Assembly: GCA_043798915.1 (NCBI GenBank)
Contig: JAZDOG010000065.1
Location: 1-23,312 of the forward strand
Length of the DNA stretch: 23,312 nucleotides
Reading direction: 5' to 3'
DNA from: Pseudomonadota bacterium
Lineage (GTDB): Bacteria; UBA10199; 2-02-FULL-44-16; JAAZCA01
Positions 8,681-18,607 of the stretch are shown here, piece after piece. Positions within the stretch are counted from its first letter, which is position 1. Each line of letters opens with the position of its first letter. Under the pieces are notes generated by a model that did not search any database, was not told where the DNA came from, and saw only the letters and a list, made by a program, of their open reading frames with translations. A program made the translations under genes and the position numbers.

Positions 8681-9769
8681 CTAGATCAACCCCATCTCCT
8701 CAACTTCGCGATACTCACCCTTCCACTCACGCAGGCGACCGTGTGGTTGGCCCTCGTGGTCATAGCTGATCTCTACAAAGCTGAGGAGGAGCTGCCGGCC
8801 CATCGTGCCGATATCCAGACTGATCATCTCGTTCCATATTCCGGTGTTGAAATACTCCTTGCCGCCGGCGAACTGCTTCGCCGCCGCCTTGTGGCCGTGC
8901 CCGAAGACGACGATGTTGTATCCCGGATGCAGGGCGAGGAGCCTCTTCGCCGCGCGGTCCATCTTAACGGGGAACGAAAACTCCTTCATTATCTTCATGA
9001 ACTGCTGCCTCGCGAAGCGCCTGTTCTCGCCAATGCGAAGCAGGACCGCCATGAAGTAGACCGCGCCCATCATCGCCGCCTTGAGCGCAAAGAGCGTGTC
9101 GTGGATGAGCGCCCAGCGGAGATAGAAGCGGAACGGGTAGACCTTGTCGACATAGGGCCTCTTGCGCTTCATCCTGTTGAGGAAGCGGATGACGAAGAGA
9201 TCGCCCCACGGCATGTTGATGATCGGCTCGTCGAAACCCTTCTCGAGGAAGGGGTGATCGAAGTCTATCCTGTTCTCCGCCACGTGCTGGTTGCCGTGCT
9301 CGATCCACACGCCGTCCTCGGCGTATATCGGGTCCGGGTGGACGCGGACATTGGGCCCCAGCCTCGCTGACACGAATTCGCCGACCGACGGCCACAGAAG
9401 ACCCATGTCATGGTTGCCGACCATGAAGGTCACGGAATGCCTCGGCGTCGCCGCGAAGCTGCCGATGGCGTCGAATACACCGGGGTGCCCGGCCATGATC
9501 GCCTCGGTGCGCATCCGCGCCACGGCCTCCGTCATGAGCTCGGGGCTCTTCTCGTCCGGCCAGACCTGAAGGTGGTTGAAAAAGTCGCCGTTGATGACGA
9601 GCTCCACCTCCGCTCTCGCGTAATCTCCGCTCGAGTGATAGTCCAGAAACTCTATGAGCTTTCTGTCGTGAAAGAAGTCTTCGAGGAAGTTCGCGCCGCC
9701 GTCGGGCAGCGTCGAACCAGCGCCAAGATGGAAGTCGCTGATCACGAGCCTGATGCGTTCTCTGGCCAT
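8681..9769 (-). CDS. Calcineurin-like metallophosphoesterase
   Basis: ISDFHLG, INGDFF, VGNHD, EHGN, VFGHGH, YFNTG motifs. Confidence 0.9.
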   Translation of the reverse strand: MARERIRLVISDFHLGAGSTLPDGGANFLEDFFHDRKLIEFLDYHSSGDYARAEVELVINGDFFNHLQVWPDEKSPELMTEAVARMRTEAIMAGHPGVFDAIGSFAATPRHSVTFMVGNHDMGLLWPSVGEFVSARLGPNVRVHPDPIYAEDGVWIEHGNQHVAENRIDFDHPFLEKGFDEPIINMPWGDLFVIRFLNRMKRKRPYVDKVYPFRFYLRWALIHDTLFALKAAMMGAVYFMAVLLRIGENRRFARQQFMKIMKEFSFPVKMDRAAKRLLALHPGYNIVVFGHGHKAAAKQFAGGKEYFNTGIWNEMISLDIGTMGRQLLLSFVEISYDHEGQPHGRLREWKGEYREVEEMGLI

Positions 9770-10338
9770 CAGCCCTTTGCCTTATGTTTTCGAAGTATGC
9801 GGAGCCCCAGTATCACATACTGCACGCCGCTGATCGCGATGAGCAGGGCGGCGGCGAAGATGATCGCCCTGTGCAGCGCGGCAACTTCCATCCCGGAAAA
9901 CGAGATCCCCGGCTGCCACCAGAGGAAGAGCCCCAGCACCGCGACCGCAAGCTGGAGGAGCGTCGCAAGCTTCGACGACCACGTGGGACGGTATGGGAAC
10001 TCCGCCTTGACGCGCTCGAGATAGATGATGCCGAAGACGATCATCACGTCGCGGGTGAGAGCGAGCGCAAAGAACCACCACGGAAGAAGGCCCGACCAGA
10101 GCAGCATGACGAAAGAGCTCTCGACGAGCAGCTTGTCGGCGAGAGGGTCGAGCAGCGCCCCTCCCTTGGAGGGCTGCTCGAGCAGGCGCGCCACGGTGCC
10201 GTCGATCAGGTCCGTGAAGCCGGCGATGCAGAAGACGATGAGCGCCGGTTCCCTGGAGCCCATGACGAAGAGCGCCACAAAGAGCGGCGCCAGCACCAGC
10301 CTCGACAGCGTCAGAATATTTGCGACGTTGATGGTCAT
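9769..10338 (-). CDS. CDP-alcohol phosphatidyltransferase family protein
   Basis: ANILTLSR, TDLIDGTVAR...SKGGALLDPLADKLL signature. Start set at ATG 10338. Confidence 0.92.
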   Translation of the reverse strand: MTINVANILTLSRLVLAPLFVALFVMGSREPALIVFCIAGFTDLIDGTVARLLEQPSKGGALLDPLADKLLVESSFVMLLWSGLLPWWFFALALTRDVMIVFGIIYLERVKAEFPYRPTWSSKLATLLQLAVAVLGLFLWWQPGISFSGMEVAALHRAIIFAAALLIAISGVQYVILGLRILRKHKAKG

Positions 10339-10922
10339 CTGAGTTTCCCGGCTATGGCCTCGCCCATCTCGCCGCAGACATCCCGGATCGCCGTGATGTC
10401 GCGGGGCCCGCTGTTCTTGTCGTCGACGCACCTCTCGCCCGCGGCCGTGGCCACGCGCCGTCTCGTCTTCGTGTCGATTGCCTTGCATCCGGCGCCGGCA
10501 CAGACGGCACCGGCCTTGGACTTCGACGCGAATATCTGCACGCCGCATGCGACGACGGCGGCGGCCCGAGGGTCGACGACAAAGGCCGCCTTGACCGCGA
10601 TGTCGTTGGGCAGCGTGCTCACATCGCCGTATCGACCGAACACCGTGTTAAGCCCACGCGCCGCCCTGCGCCTGGCTTCGCCTTCAGGGGCGACGGAGAC
10701 CGTGATGGCTGCCGCCTCAAGCGCGCGGCCGACCGCCAGCTCGCACTCATTCGGCTGCGCGGTGCCGACGGCGATCGAGCCCAGATATGAGCCGACCCAC
10801 TCGCCCATGATCTTCTCTGAAGCGAAGACGACGACAGGCGACCCCGCCTCCGCGCGGGCCGCGCCCGCACAGATTGCCGCCAGAAAAACCGCCGAAGCAA
10901 CAGTCTCCTTACAAAACTTCAT
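10335..10922 (-). CDS. Hypothetical exported protein
   Basis: ATG 10922 after GGGGGAG, signal-peptide-like N-terminus (..AGAARA/EAG), 4-bp ATGA overlap with the next gene. Confidence 0.65.
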   Translation of the reverse strand: MKFCKETVASAVFLAAICAGAARAEAGSPVVVFASEKIMGEWVGSYLGSIAVGTAQPNECELAVGRALEAAAITVSVAPEGEARRRAARGLNTVFGRYGDVSTLPNDIAVKAAFVVDPRAAAVVACGVQIFASKSKAGAVCAGAGCKAIDTKTRRRVATAAGERCVDDKNSGPRDITAIRDVCGEMGEAIAGKLR

Positions 10923-10998
10923 CGCTCCCCCATCTCGGATAAAAGCCCAAAATTCATATCGTATTCGAAGCGGTACATCCAGAAAAAATATGGAGGTA

Positions 10999-11063
10999 TA
11001 ACTATTCAGGTGCATGTACCTCTTTTCCCTCTCCCCTCGTGGGAGAGGGTCAGGGTGAGGGGG
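10999..11063 (+). repeat. Half copy of the palindromic element, overlapping the hflX stop codon
   Basis: taactattcaggtgc..cctcttttccctctcccctcgtgggagagggtcagggtgaggg matches 21077-21138. Confidence 0.8.
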
Positions 11064-12348
11064 CCTTGCCCTGCACCGCGTATTTGCTGTACTGGCCAAA
11101 TTGTTTATGATGGAGTTCGCAGTCCACCATGATGCCCGAATCCTCGTAGTCGACCCGCCAGACATGGCCCAGCCTGTAGATGTCGGAGAGTATGTCTCCC
11201 CTGTCCGGCGGAAGCTTGAGCGTCACCCTTCGAAACTCGGCGCGCAGCGTCTCGTCGATACGGCTCAGGAGTTCGGAGAGCCCCTCCTTCTTGAGTGCCG
11301 AGATGCAAATTGAATCGGCATCCCCTCGATAGTGCACCTCGGGCCTGTCGCACTTGTTGATGACGTCGATCCGCGGCTTCCGCTCGAGCCCCATATCGGC
11401 AAGGACTCGCATTGCGACCTCCGCCTGAGGCAGGGCTTCTTCATCGGAACCGTCGATGAGATGCAGGATCAGGTGCGCATGCGCCACCTCCTCGAAAGTC
11501 GACTTGAACGACTCCACCAGCTCGTGCGGCAGCCTCCTCAAGAATCCCACTGTGTCGGCTACGAGCACCTCCCGGCCCGAAGGGAGGCGCAGCTTCCTGA
11601 CCGTCGGGTCGAGCGTCGCGAAGAGCTTGTCCTCGACGAAGACGCCCGCATCGGTGAGGGCGTTCATGAGCGTCGATTTGCCGGCGTTGGTATAGCCCAC
11701 GAGCGAGACGAGCGGTATCGTAACCGCCTCGCGCTTCTGCCGCTGGATATCGCGCCGGCCGACGACTTCGGCGAGCCGGCGGCGCAGGAGCGTGATCCGG
11801 TCGCGCATGCGCCTGCGATCGCACTCGAGCGCCGTCTCGCCCGGGCCCCTCGTGCCGATCCTCCCCGCCTGCTGCGAAAGCGTGTGGCCGCGGCCGGCTA
11901 GCCTCGGCGCAAGGTATGAGAGCTGCGCCAGCTCCACCTGAAGTTTGCCCTCCGTGGAGTGCGCCCTCATCGCGAAGATGTCGAGGATGACCGCCGTGCG
12001 GTCGAGGACGAGCACGCCGAGTTCTTCCTCGACATTGCGGTTCTGAACGGGCGAGAGTTCGCCGTCGACGGCGACGATGTCCGCGCCGACAGCCGCGGCG
12101 GTTTCGGCGAGCTCCGCGACCTTGCCCTTTCCGAGGTAGGTAGCCGGATCGATCCGCCGAATCTCCTGCGATGCCCGCCCGACGACCTCGCCGCCGGAGG
12201 TCTCAACGAGGCGCGCGAGCTCGGAGAGCGAAAGCTCCATCTGCCGGCGGCTCATCTTGCCGTGCCGGATGCCGACGATCAGGACGCGCTGGCGCCCGCC
12301 GGAACGCCGCACCATCTGCCGCTTTTTACGCTGCTCTATCGAGGCCAT
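11050..12348 (-). CDS. hflX: Ribosome-splitting GTPase HflX
   Basis: GKGKV.EL, LDIFA.RAH..EGKLQVELAQL, GTRGPGET.LE.DRR, GYTNAGKSTL, LFATLD, DTVGF, NKCD. Confidence 0.97.
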   Translation of the reverse strand: MASIEQRKKRQMVRRSGGRQRVLIVGIRHGKMSRRQMELSLSELARLVETSGGEVVGRASQEIRRIDPATYLGKGKVAELAETAAAVGADIVAVDGELSPVQNRNVEEELGVLVLDRTAVILDIFAMRAHSTEGKLQVELAQLSYLAPRLAGRGHTLSQQAGRIGTRGPGETALECDRRRMRDRITLLRRRLAEVVGRRDIQRQKREAVTIPLVSLVGYTNAGKSTLMNALTDAGVFVEDKLFATLDPTVRKLRLPSGREVLVADTVGFLRRLPHELVESFKSTFEEVAHAHLILHLIDGSDEEALPQAEVAMRVLADMGLERKPRIDVINKCDRPEVHYRGDADSICISALKKEGLSELLSRIDETLRAEFRRVTLKLPPDRGDILSDIYRLGHVWRVDYEDSGIMVDCELHHKQFGQYSKYAVQGKAPSP

Positions 12349-12456
12349 AAATATTGTTCTTTATACAGCAATGCCGCGCCCTTGTCAGGTGACCATTTTT
12401 TGACGCTTATATGACCCTTGCATGATTTGCGGTGCCGTGATAGCGCCCTGCCGACC

Positions 12457-12792
12457 ATGAAGCGAACAGCAAAAACAGCAGCGCTCCTTTTGATCATCCC
12501 CGCCCTCTTCCTGTCGTCGTGCGCAAGGATTCCACCGCCCAAACAGAGCTCAAAGCTCATCCAGCACTACTTCAAGAAGTACGCAAAGAAATACCACGAC
12601 ACCACCTATGCCAGGAGCGGTGGCATAAAGGAGGTCGAGGTAACAAGCCAGCAGGAGATCCACAAATACCTGGTGGCGGTCGAGGCCTTCATCACGCTCA
12701 AGGACAGCTCGGTCCAGCGCATCCGGGCGACCCTCGACAAAGGCCCCTTCGGCTGGCACTTCATCTCCTGGGAAAACGACACCGGGATTTAA
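12457..12792 (+). CDS. Hypothetical lipoprotein
   Basis: MKRTAK, hydrophobic stretch and lipobox LSSC; host-like codon usage. Confidence 0.75.
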   Translation: MKRTAKTAALLLIIPALFLSSCARIPPPKQSSKLIQHYFKKYAKKYHDTTYARSGGIKEVEVTSQQEIHKYLVAVEAFITLKDSSVQRIRATLDKGPFGWHFISWENDTGI

Positions 12793-12981
12793 TAAACCAC
12801 AATATCTCCCGACAGGCGCAATTTTTTGCAGGGGGCCCACCACCCGGTTCAGACCTTGTCATATAACCATTTTTTGACGCTTTCTGCGGGCTTCTGCTCA
12901 AATTGATAATCGATTCAATGCCCTTATAACTTCAGTTGTGTAAATTCAACAAGTTAGAGCGACGCCGACCGCTGTTCCGGC

Positions 12982-12997
12982 TGGCACGCATATTGCT
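12982..12997 (+). promoter_or_regulatory. Sigma54 (-24/-12) promoter
   Basis: TGGCACG-CATA-TTGCT, a consensus match about 75 bp upstream of ATG 13072. Confidence 0.75.
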
Positions 12998-13071
12998 GTA
13001 TAAATGCTGTGGTGGCATTTTGTGCGCGTCACACTTGTGAGGATGACAAACATATTCACAAAGGAGACCCT

Positions 13072-14931
13072 ATGAAATCACATTCCTCTTCGTGTCGCTT
13101 GCGCTTATTGGGACTTGCCGCCCTCCCCCTTCTTTTCTGTTTCGCCATGGCGTTGGGAGCGGCGGGCACCTTCTTAAGCGCCGGCTGTCACGACAACAGC
13201 ACCGGGGGCCAGATTTCTGATGAGGGCGCGCCGCTATTAGGGGCGATAACGCCTGGAACGGAAACGCCCGCCCCCCCCGTTCAACCCGATTTTCTGGGGT
13301 TTGAACTTGTGAAACCCGGCGGCAAGGTCTTGCAGCTCACGGACCGGCCCATCCCTCTCAAGGTAACTGTCCGCGCAAAATTTGATTCGGCGATGAATGT
13401 CGCGGAGACACAGAAGGCCATTTCCCTGAAGGACAGCAAAGGCGCGGCGATCGACTGCGCATTCGGCGGGGACAGCAAGAACATCGAGATGACCCCAAAG
13501 GCAAGGCTCAAGACGGGGGAAACGTATAAGGTTGCCATGACTGCCGATGCCAAATCCGAGGCAGGCGTAAAAATCGCAAAAGAAAATACAGGCGAATTCA
13601 AGACCATGATAGCTGGAGATATAGACGGGGACGGAACTGCCGACATAATTGTCGGAGCGACGGCTGAAGGCGCCAATGACAACGGCGCCGTATATATTTA
13701 TTCAGGCAGGGACTTGACGGCCCCATTTCTAAAAATAGCCGAGGCAAAGGAATCTGCAGGTTTTGGTTACGCCGTCAAGCTGGAAGATATCGACAACGAC
13801 GGATATGCCGATGTGCTGGCAAGCAGCCCGGCTTTTCAGATCATCCAGACGCGCGTTGGAAGAGTCTACCTGTTTAAGGCATCTTCCCTGAACACGAACA
13901 AAGCTGGCGCAAGCATCACAACGGAGAACGCCGACAAGCATATCGATGCGCCAGCAGAAACCCTGGACGCGTTTGGCATGTCAATTGATACGGGCGACAT
14001 CAACGGCGACGGATATGCGGAAATCGCCATAGGCGCGCCATATTATACAAGCGACATCAACGACGCACAGAATACGAGGTTTGGGCGGGTCTATTTGTGC
14101 GACGCAGGCAATCCTGATAAAATAAATTTCATATCCACACTGACCGGCAGCATAACAGGGGGAGTTCTCGGCTGGTCCGCGGCCCTCGGCGATATCGACG
14201 GAGACGGGAAGGCGGATCTGCTCGCCGGCGCATTTGCGGCTGACAGCGATAAAGGACGGGCATATGTCTACAGGGGCTCCGAACTCACAAAGGACGCCGT
14301 CGCGGATGACGCCCACGGCATCGCGGGAGAGAACGACCATAATTGGTTCGGGGCTGCAGTGGCGATGGCCGATGTCACAGGCGACGGAAAGGATGAAGTC
14401 GTCGTCGGAGCGCCGTTTTATACAGACGGCCAGAACGGAGGTCTCGGCCGAGTTTATGTCTACAAGGGCGACGATCTTAAAACACCTCTCGCCACGATAA
14501 CCGGGACAGGAAACGCAAAGACAGCGGGGCGTTTGGGTGCTGCGATCGCGCGCGTAAGAGAAGCGCCTGCGAGAGACGCCCTGGTGATCGGAGCTCCATT
14601 CCTGGATGACGAACACGGCGCCATCTATTTCTTCCATGGTGAGAGTTTTGGCAATGACCCGTCAAATCCCATCCTGATGAAAGCCACAGATGCAACCGGC
14701 GACAAGGGCTGGACGCATTCGTCCACGAATCCCGGCAAGACGGGATTTTCAGTGGCGGCCCTTGATGTCAATGCCGACAATAAGGCCGAAATACTTTTCG
14801 GCAGCCCGGATGCCGAGTTCAATGGGGCGGCAAATGGGATGGTAGATGTTTACGGCATTGATGGAAAGCCTTTGAATGCCCTGAAAGGGTTTGCAGCAGA
14901 CAGCAGATTCGGATTTTCAATTGCAAAATAG
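13072..14931 (+). CDS. Lipoprotein with an Ig-like (Big_5/SbsA-like) domain and FG-GAP/integrin-alpha beta-propeller repeats
   Basis: AAGGAG RBS and lipobox SAGC. Ig-like ...TPKARLKTGETYKV. Repeats GDIDGDGTADIIVGA, GDINGDGYAEIAIGAP, GDIDGDGKADLLAGA, DVTGDGKDEVVVGAP, each followed by G.VY.Y. Confidence 0.88.
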   Translation: MKSHSSSCRLRLLGLAALPLLFCFAMALGAAGTFLSAGCHDNSTGGQISDEGAPLLGAITPGTETPAPPVQPDFLGFELVKPGGKVLQLTDRPIPLKVTVRAKFDSAMNVAETQKAISLKDSKGAAIDCAFGGDSKNIEMTPKARLKTGETYKVAMTADAKSEAGVKIAKENTGEFKTMIAGDIDGDGTADIIVGATAEGANDNGAVYIYSGRDLTAPFLKIAEAKESAGFGYAVKLEDIDNDGYADVLASSPAFQIIQTRVGRVYLFKASSLNTNKAGASITTENADKHIDAPAETLDAFGMSIDTGDINGDGYAEIAIGAPYYTSDINDAQNTRFGRVYLCDAGNPDKINFISTLTGSITGGVLGWSAALGDIDGDGKADLLAGAFAADSDKGRAYVYRGSELTKDAVADDAHGIAGENDHNWFGAAVAMADVTGDGKDEVVVGAPFYTDGQNGGLGRVYVYKGDDLKTPLATITGTGNAKTAGRLGAAIARVREAPARDALVIGAPFLDDEHGAIYFFHGESFGNDPSNPILMKATDATGDKGWTHSSTNPGKTGFSVAALDVNADNKAEILFGSPDAEFNGAANGMVDVYGIDGKPLNALKGFAADSRFGFSIAK

Positions 14932-14958
14932 CTGAAACGGAAGGCTATCCCTGCCTGT

Positions 14959-17427
14959 TCACCGCTTGATGTAGGTCTCCATTCGCAAGTCCTCGCCATC
15001 GGTCGTCATCGTTATAGCGCCATCCTCGTCAGTCCTGTAAATATCAGAGCCTGCCGCATGGAGCCTGGCCAGCGCAGACTTGCTCGGCATTCCGTATCTG
15101 TTGCGGCTCCCGACGGATATCGCGGCAATCTTCGGACGGACGGCCTGCAGGAATGGTGTCGACGAGGACAGGGCGCTCCCGTGGTGGCCGACCTTGAGGA
15201 ACGTTGCGGCGAGGTCTGGCTCCATCTGCATGAGCTCTCTCTCCCCATCCTTCGACATGTCGCCCATGAAGAGAAATCGCCGGGATCCGAAGCGAATGTC
15301 GGCGACGATCGACGCATCGTTCAGCGGCATGCCGGGCATCTCCGGAATTCGCACGAGGCTCAAGGTTGCTCCGCCGACGTCCATGCGCGTCTCCCCCTCA
15401 GCGACCGTGGCGAGCGGAACGCGCGCCGCCTTGAGGCTTGAGAGAAGAGAGCCCCAGCTGTCCCCCTCGCCCGGCGGCGCATCATGGCCGTCCGTCCAGA
15501 GCACCTCTGGCCGAAAGAGGCCCGCGACAGATCTCAATCCCTGATAATGGTCGTAATGCGGATGCGTCAGGAGCACCCAGTCGATGCGGTGTATCCCCAT
15601 CCGCCAGAGCGCCGGCGCCACGACGCTGCGGCCGATGTCGAAGTCGCTCCCCTCGATGCCGCCGCCGTCGATGAGCATCGTCCGGCCGTCCGGAAACCGG
15701 ACGAGGGATGAGTCGCCCTGACCTACGTCGAGGACCGTGATCTTGAGGCGCCGATCAAAAAACGGGATGAGCCTTGGATACCCGGCATCGAAGGCGATGA
15801 GCAGAACGAGCAGAATCGCGGCCGCCCTCCTGTGTTTGAACTGTCTCCAGAAGAGGATCGCCGCAATGGCGGCATAGGCTATCGACATGTCGAACGCAGA
15901 GGGCGCCCATCGGAGGAGAAGCGGCTCGCCGATATCCGCCGTCTCGCGGGCGAACCAGATGAAGAGCGCCGCAGCCACGCCTGAAAATTTCCAGAGGATC
16001 GCCGCGGCGGAAGGCAATGGAAACACGAGGACCGATGCGACCGCGACGACCGGCGAGAGCAGCGCACCGGTGAGCGGCACGGCCACAAGGTTTGCGGCGA
16101 GCGAAATCCCCGAGACAAACTTGAAATGATAAGCCACCAGCGGCGCCGTCGCCACGCCGGCGGCGGCCGATACGGCAACGAGCGCGCGAAACCAGCGGGC
16201 GCATCTCCCGGCGCGCGTCGAGCGATCGCCCTCCCCTCCCATCCGCCGCATGAACCACGGCGTGACGATTATTATCCCGGCGACCGCAACGACGGAGAGC
16301 TGAAACGACACATCGAGGATCGAAAGAGGCATGATGGCGCAGATGGCGACGACTGATGCCCCGAGAGTGGAGAGGAGGTCCTGCCGCAGGCCGACGAGCT
16401 CGCCAGCGAGAAAGACCGTCAGCATGATCGCCGCGCGTATGGCCGATATGGGAGAGCCGGTGATGAGCACGTAGGCCCAGACGGACGGGAGCGTGACGAT
16501 GGCGGCGAGCCTTTTCACCGGGACGCGCAGGATGAGCCAGGAAAACCTCCCGAAGAAAATGCGCGAGAGAAGATAGATGAACGCGGCGACGTAGCCGACG
16601 TTCATGCCGGAGATCGCGAGCAGATGCGCGAGCCCCGTGTTGGCGAAGGCGTCGCGGAGTTTCCGGTCGATCGCGTTCTGGTCGCCGTTTGCCAGCGCGA
16701 TCACCACGCCGCGCGCCGGGCCGTCGATGTTTGCCGCCGCGGAGTCGGCGATCTGCCTCCTCAGGGCCTCGATCCATCCGAAGAAGCGGCTGGCGCCTCT
16801 CTGCCTTTCCATGGCGCCGAATGTCCGCCCCATCGCGCCGACGCCGTGCACCATGAGATAGCGGCGATAGGAGAAACCTCCGGGATTGTGGTACTCGCGC
16901 GGCGCATAGAACCTGGCCGTGAAGCGAACGCGCTCGCCGGGCAGGAGATCGGCATCCTCCGCCGTCGCCGAGAGGCGCACGGTGCCGCGCGCCTTCGCAT
17001 CCGCTGTGCCGGCCGCGCCGCATGAGATGAGGTCCACATCGACGCTCGCGCCCCATTCCTTTATTTGCGGAACGCCGCCAACTTTTCCATCGCATGTGAA
17101 GAGAGTTTTTTCTCCAAGAGGAACGGAAACATCGGACGCGCGCCCCGCCGCCGCATTGGCGAGCGCAAATCCGATAAAAAATACCGCGAGGAGCACAGCC
17201 GCAACTGATGCGGCCTGCGTGGGGCGACTCCTCAGAAAAACAGCGGCGGAGATGCAGATGATCGCCAAAATTATTCCCGCAATTACCGCAAAGAGATGTG
17301 GTGAGATAAGCGCGCCGCTAAGAGCGCCGACTGCCATCGAGGAGGCGAGGAGGGGCATCGGACGGCACGAACTCAAGAGCGAGCGTAATATCGTCGAAGA
17401 GTTCCTTTGCCCGGTTCTGGATGCCAT
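14959..17427 (-). CDS. comEC: DNA uptake competence protein ComEC/Rec2
   Basis: GLAHLLAISGMNV, S.IRAAIM, SFQLS, LDVGQGDS, LTHPHYDHYQG, LKVGHHGS, RTDEDGAI. True start uncertain (possibly 17358). Confidence 0.95.
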   Translation of the reverse strand: MASRTGQRNSSTILRSLLSSCRPMPLLASSMAVGALSGALISPHLFAVIAGIILAIICISAAVFLRSRPTQAASVAAVLLAVFFIGFALANAAAGRASDVSVPLGEKTLFTCDGKVGGVPQIKEWGASVDVDLISCGAAGTADAKARGTVRLSATAEDADLLPGERVRFTARFYAPREYHNPGGFSYRRYLMVHGVGAMGRTFGAMERQRGASRFFGWIEALRRQIADSAAANIDGPARGVVIALANGDQNAIDRKLRDAFANTGLAHLLAISGMNVGYVAAFIYLLSRIFFGRFSWLILRVPVKRLAAIVTLPSVWAYVLITGSPISAIRAAIMLTVFLAGELVGLRQDLLSTLGASVVAICAIMPLSILDVSFQLSVVAVAGIIIVTPWFMRRMGGEGDRSTRAGRCARWFRALVAVSAAAGVATAPLVAYHFKFVSGISLAANLVAVPLTGALLSPVVAVASVLVFPLPSAAAILWKFSGVAAALFIWFARETADIGEPLLLRWAPSAFDMSIAYAAIAAILFWRQFKHRRAAAILLVLLIAFDAGYPRLIPFFDRRLKITVLDVGQGDSSLVRFPDGRTMLIDGGGIEGSDFDIGRSVVAPALWRMGIHRIDWVLLTHPHYDHYQGLRSVAGLFRPEVLWTDGHDAPPGEGDSWGSLLSSLKAARVPLATVAEGETRMDVGGATLSLVRIPEMPGMPLNDASIVADIRFGSRRFLFMGDMSKDGERELMQMEPDLAATFLKVGHHGSALSSSTPFLQAVRPKIAAISVGSRNRYGMPSKSALARLHAAGSDIYRTDEDGAITMTTDGEDLRMETYIKR

Positions 17428-17968
17428 CGTATCTTGTGCTAGACTGCTGGCGCGAGAGAATCAAGCCGAGTTTATCGCGGATGCCGCTCAAGTAGTGCCT
17501 GGCCTTGTCGGTGGGCCTCAGCAGATAGAGCTTTAAAACCGAGTGCACGTTGACGTTGTTGATCCAGAAATCGCCGCCGTTGCATTCAAACCGGACACCG
17601 CCGGTCAGACCGTCGTATATGCTGCCCAGCCGCCCCAGGATCGTCCCCTGGAGCGAGTCGACGGCGCCGTTGAACCTGCCCATCCCCTTTCCGCCCTTGC
17701 CCCAGACGTGGCGCTGATATTCATGGAGCCCCTGCGAGATGCCGCAGAGCGTGCGCACGTCGTTGCCGCTCTCGCCCACGATCTCCTTGATGTCCGCATC
17801 GTTCAGGCAGATGCGCTGTTCCTCTTCGAAGGTCCATTTTTCGTCTTTCTGTGGGGAAAATGTGAGGCGATGGTCGAGCGGGAGGTCGCTCTTTTGATCG
17901 GCCGGGGAGCCGCCGGAGACCCCTTTGCCAGGCCTTAATCCTCGTAACTTGTCGATATAAGTGCTCAT
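17318..17968 (-). CDS. Hypothetical protein
   Basis: 216-aa ORF with host-like codon usage, ATGA-coupled to the upstream ORF and overlapping the comEC start. Confidence 0.7.
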   Translation of the reverse strand: MSTYIDKLRGLRPGKGVSGGSPADQKSDLPLDHRLTFSPQKDEKWTFEEEQRICLNDADIKEIVGESGNDVRTLCGISQGLHEYQRHVWGKGGKGMGRFNGAVDSLQGTILGRLGSIYDGLTGGVRFECNGGDFWINNVNVHSVLKLYLLRPTDKARHYLSGIRDKLGLILSRQQSSTRYDGIQNRAKELFDDITLALEFVPSDAPPRLLDGSRRS

Positions 17969-18393
17969 TTTGCCTTGGGGGCCGCAGCGCGTGCAGAGGC
18001 CCCTTTATTATTATCGGCAATGAGCCTGGCCAAAGTTGCGGAATAATCAGAAATAAATGCCTTGGCATTGGGGTCGGCTGCGAGGATGTCAGTCATCTGC
18101 TGCAGGGCGGCCATCTGACGCTCTGTAAGCTGGAAATTGTGGATGTTGTGCCCCTTGAAGAATATCTCCCTGCGAATGCGATCAAAATGGATCGACGCGA
18201 CCTCCTCGTCCAGAATGAAGGTATAGGTCACGCGGTCGCCGTAGACGGCCAGCATGCCATCCACCGCCATGTGTCCCTTCGCCCTGACCGGTTGGGCCCT
18301 CCCGCCCATCAGGCGCCATAGATCGATGGAAGAATGCGGCTGTCCGGACTCCGGCTTCGCATCTTCTGTAGTTCGTTCCAGTTTGCCCTTCAT
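17965..18393 (-). CDS. Hypothetical protein
   Basis: 142-aa ORF with GGGGAGAGGG before ATG, downstream of a sigma54 motif. Confidence 0.7.
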   Translation of the reverse strand: MKGKLERTTEDAKPESGQPHSSIDLWRLMGGRAQPVRAKGHMAVDGMLAVYGDRVTYTFILDEEVASIHFDRIRREIFFKGHNIHNFQLTERQMAALQQMTDILAADPNAKAFISDYSATLARLIADNNKGASARAAAPKAK

Positions 18394-18429
18394 GACCCTC
18401 TCCCCTCGATTGCCCGCACACCTAAGTTA

Positions 18430-18445
18430 AGCAAGTTCCGTGCCA
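18430..18445 (-). promoter_or_regulatory. Sigma54 (-24/-12) promoter
   Basis: Minus strand TGGCACG-GAAC-TTGCT, 36 bp upstream of ATG 18393. Confidence 0.75.
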
Positions 18446-18607
18446 TTTTCCGAACACACGCGCACCACTAATAAGCTGTAATTAAAGGGGTAATTTTCAG
18501 GGGAGTTTCCGCTCAAACTCTCAAAGTGGGAAATTTCTCAAATTGGAAGAAATCAGCCGCTCGGATGGGTTGTTGACTTTTGGCACGGGTCGGCTTGATC
18601 TGGCGGC

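Noticed and set aside
18581..18597. TGGCACG upstream of ogt as a sigma54 promoter
   Set aside because: No TTGC at the -12 position (GGCTT instead).
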